From positions 570,001 to 602,000 of the forward strand of contig NC_004459.3 of NCBI RefSeq assembly GCF_000039765.1: a DNA stretch of 32,000 bases, read 5' to 3'. The position numbers and the translations under genes are program-made. The notes under the pieces are model-generated. The model was not told the origin of the DNA. It made no database searches and was given only the letters and a program-made list of their open reading frames with translations. Positions 31,629-32,000 of this stretch are shown one piece after another (within the stretch, counting starts at the first letter, position 1; each line of letters begins with the position of its first letter). The DNA is from Vibrio vulnificus CMCP6. GTDB taxonomy: Bacteria; Pseudomonadota; Gammaproteobacteria; Enterobacterales; Vibrionaceae.

Positions 31629-32000
31629 TTAAAGCTTTTCAGCAATTCTCAACACAGAGCTGCGTGAACGAGGATTCAGTTCAATTTCTTGCGCTGTTGG
31701 CATGATCGCTTTACCCACTGTTTTCATATTGGCACTGCCTAACGCTTTGATTTGCGCCTCGGTCAGAGGGATACCGTGAGGCACTTCAGGCCCTTTACTT
31801 TCTTTGCGCATAAAGCGTTTCACCATGCGGTCTTCCAAAGAGTGGAAGCTGATCACCGATAAGCGCCCTTCTGGTGCCAGAATACTCGCCGCTCCTTTCA
31901 GTGCGGTATCGATCTCTTCAAGCTCACTGTTGATGTAGATACGAAATGCTTGAAACGCACGAGTCGCTGGGTGTTTTTTCTCTTTAAAGCTTTTTGGCGC
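31629..32000 (-). CDS. rsmH: 16S rRNA (cytosine1402-N4)-methyltransferase RsmH/MraW, 3' part (5' end beyond the window)
   Basis: The frame stays open from the window edge: ...[63 protein letters not shown]... and ends at TAA 31629-31631. The ORF track shows only the part after an internal Met. Confidence 0.93.
   Translation of the reverse strand, partial: APKSFKEKKHPATRAFQAFRIYINSELEEIDTALKGAASILAPEGRLSVISFHSLEDRMVKRFMRKESKGPEVPHGIPLTEAQIKALGSANMKTVGKAIMPTAQEIELNPRSRSSVLRIAEKL

Overview
This window looks like a conserved core segment of a Vibrio-type (Vibrionaceae) chromosome. That call rests on protein similarity and gene order recalled from V. cholerae and E. coli; the species is not determined. 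Genes on the plus strand: the truncated 3' end of a DUF1499-like gene, mtnN, a CobD/CbiB-family gene, btuF, a yadS-like gene, a LysR-family regulator, a small orphan secreted protein, and a DUF721/DciA-like gene. Genes on the minus strand: a yfcA/TauE-like permease, carB-carA, dapB, mutT, secA, and most of the division/cell-wall (dcw) cluster, transcribed in the order rsmH (5' end beyond the window)-ftsL-ftsI-murE-murF-mraY-murD-ftsW-murG-murC-ftsQ-ftsA-ftsZ-lpxC. I found no tRNA, rRNA, CRISPR array, transposase, integrase or recognisable defence or toxin gene, and no convincing new multi-gene system. The points worth a second look are regulatory or architectural. (1) The carB 3'UTR has a 9-nt perfect complement to the carA ribosome-binding site, placed just 5' of its terminator (CarZ-like autoregulatory sRNA). 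(2) The carAB control region has a TTG start, tandem ARG-box-like sites, and a near-consensus promoter whose initially transcribed sequence is AATTTG. (3) An AT-rich segment of about 0.9 kb (5156-6059) carries an orphan signal-peptide protein. (4) A dciA-like gene lies divergent from secA where enterics carry secM. (5) ddlB is absent between murC and ftsQ; a 191-bp spacer there holds a near-consensus promoter overlapped by a perfect 7-3-7 palindrome. (6) Hairpins sit in the lpxC leader and immediately before the mutT ribosome-binding site. All promoter, operator and sRNA calls come from reading the sequence by eye and need experimental or computational confirmation.
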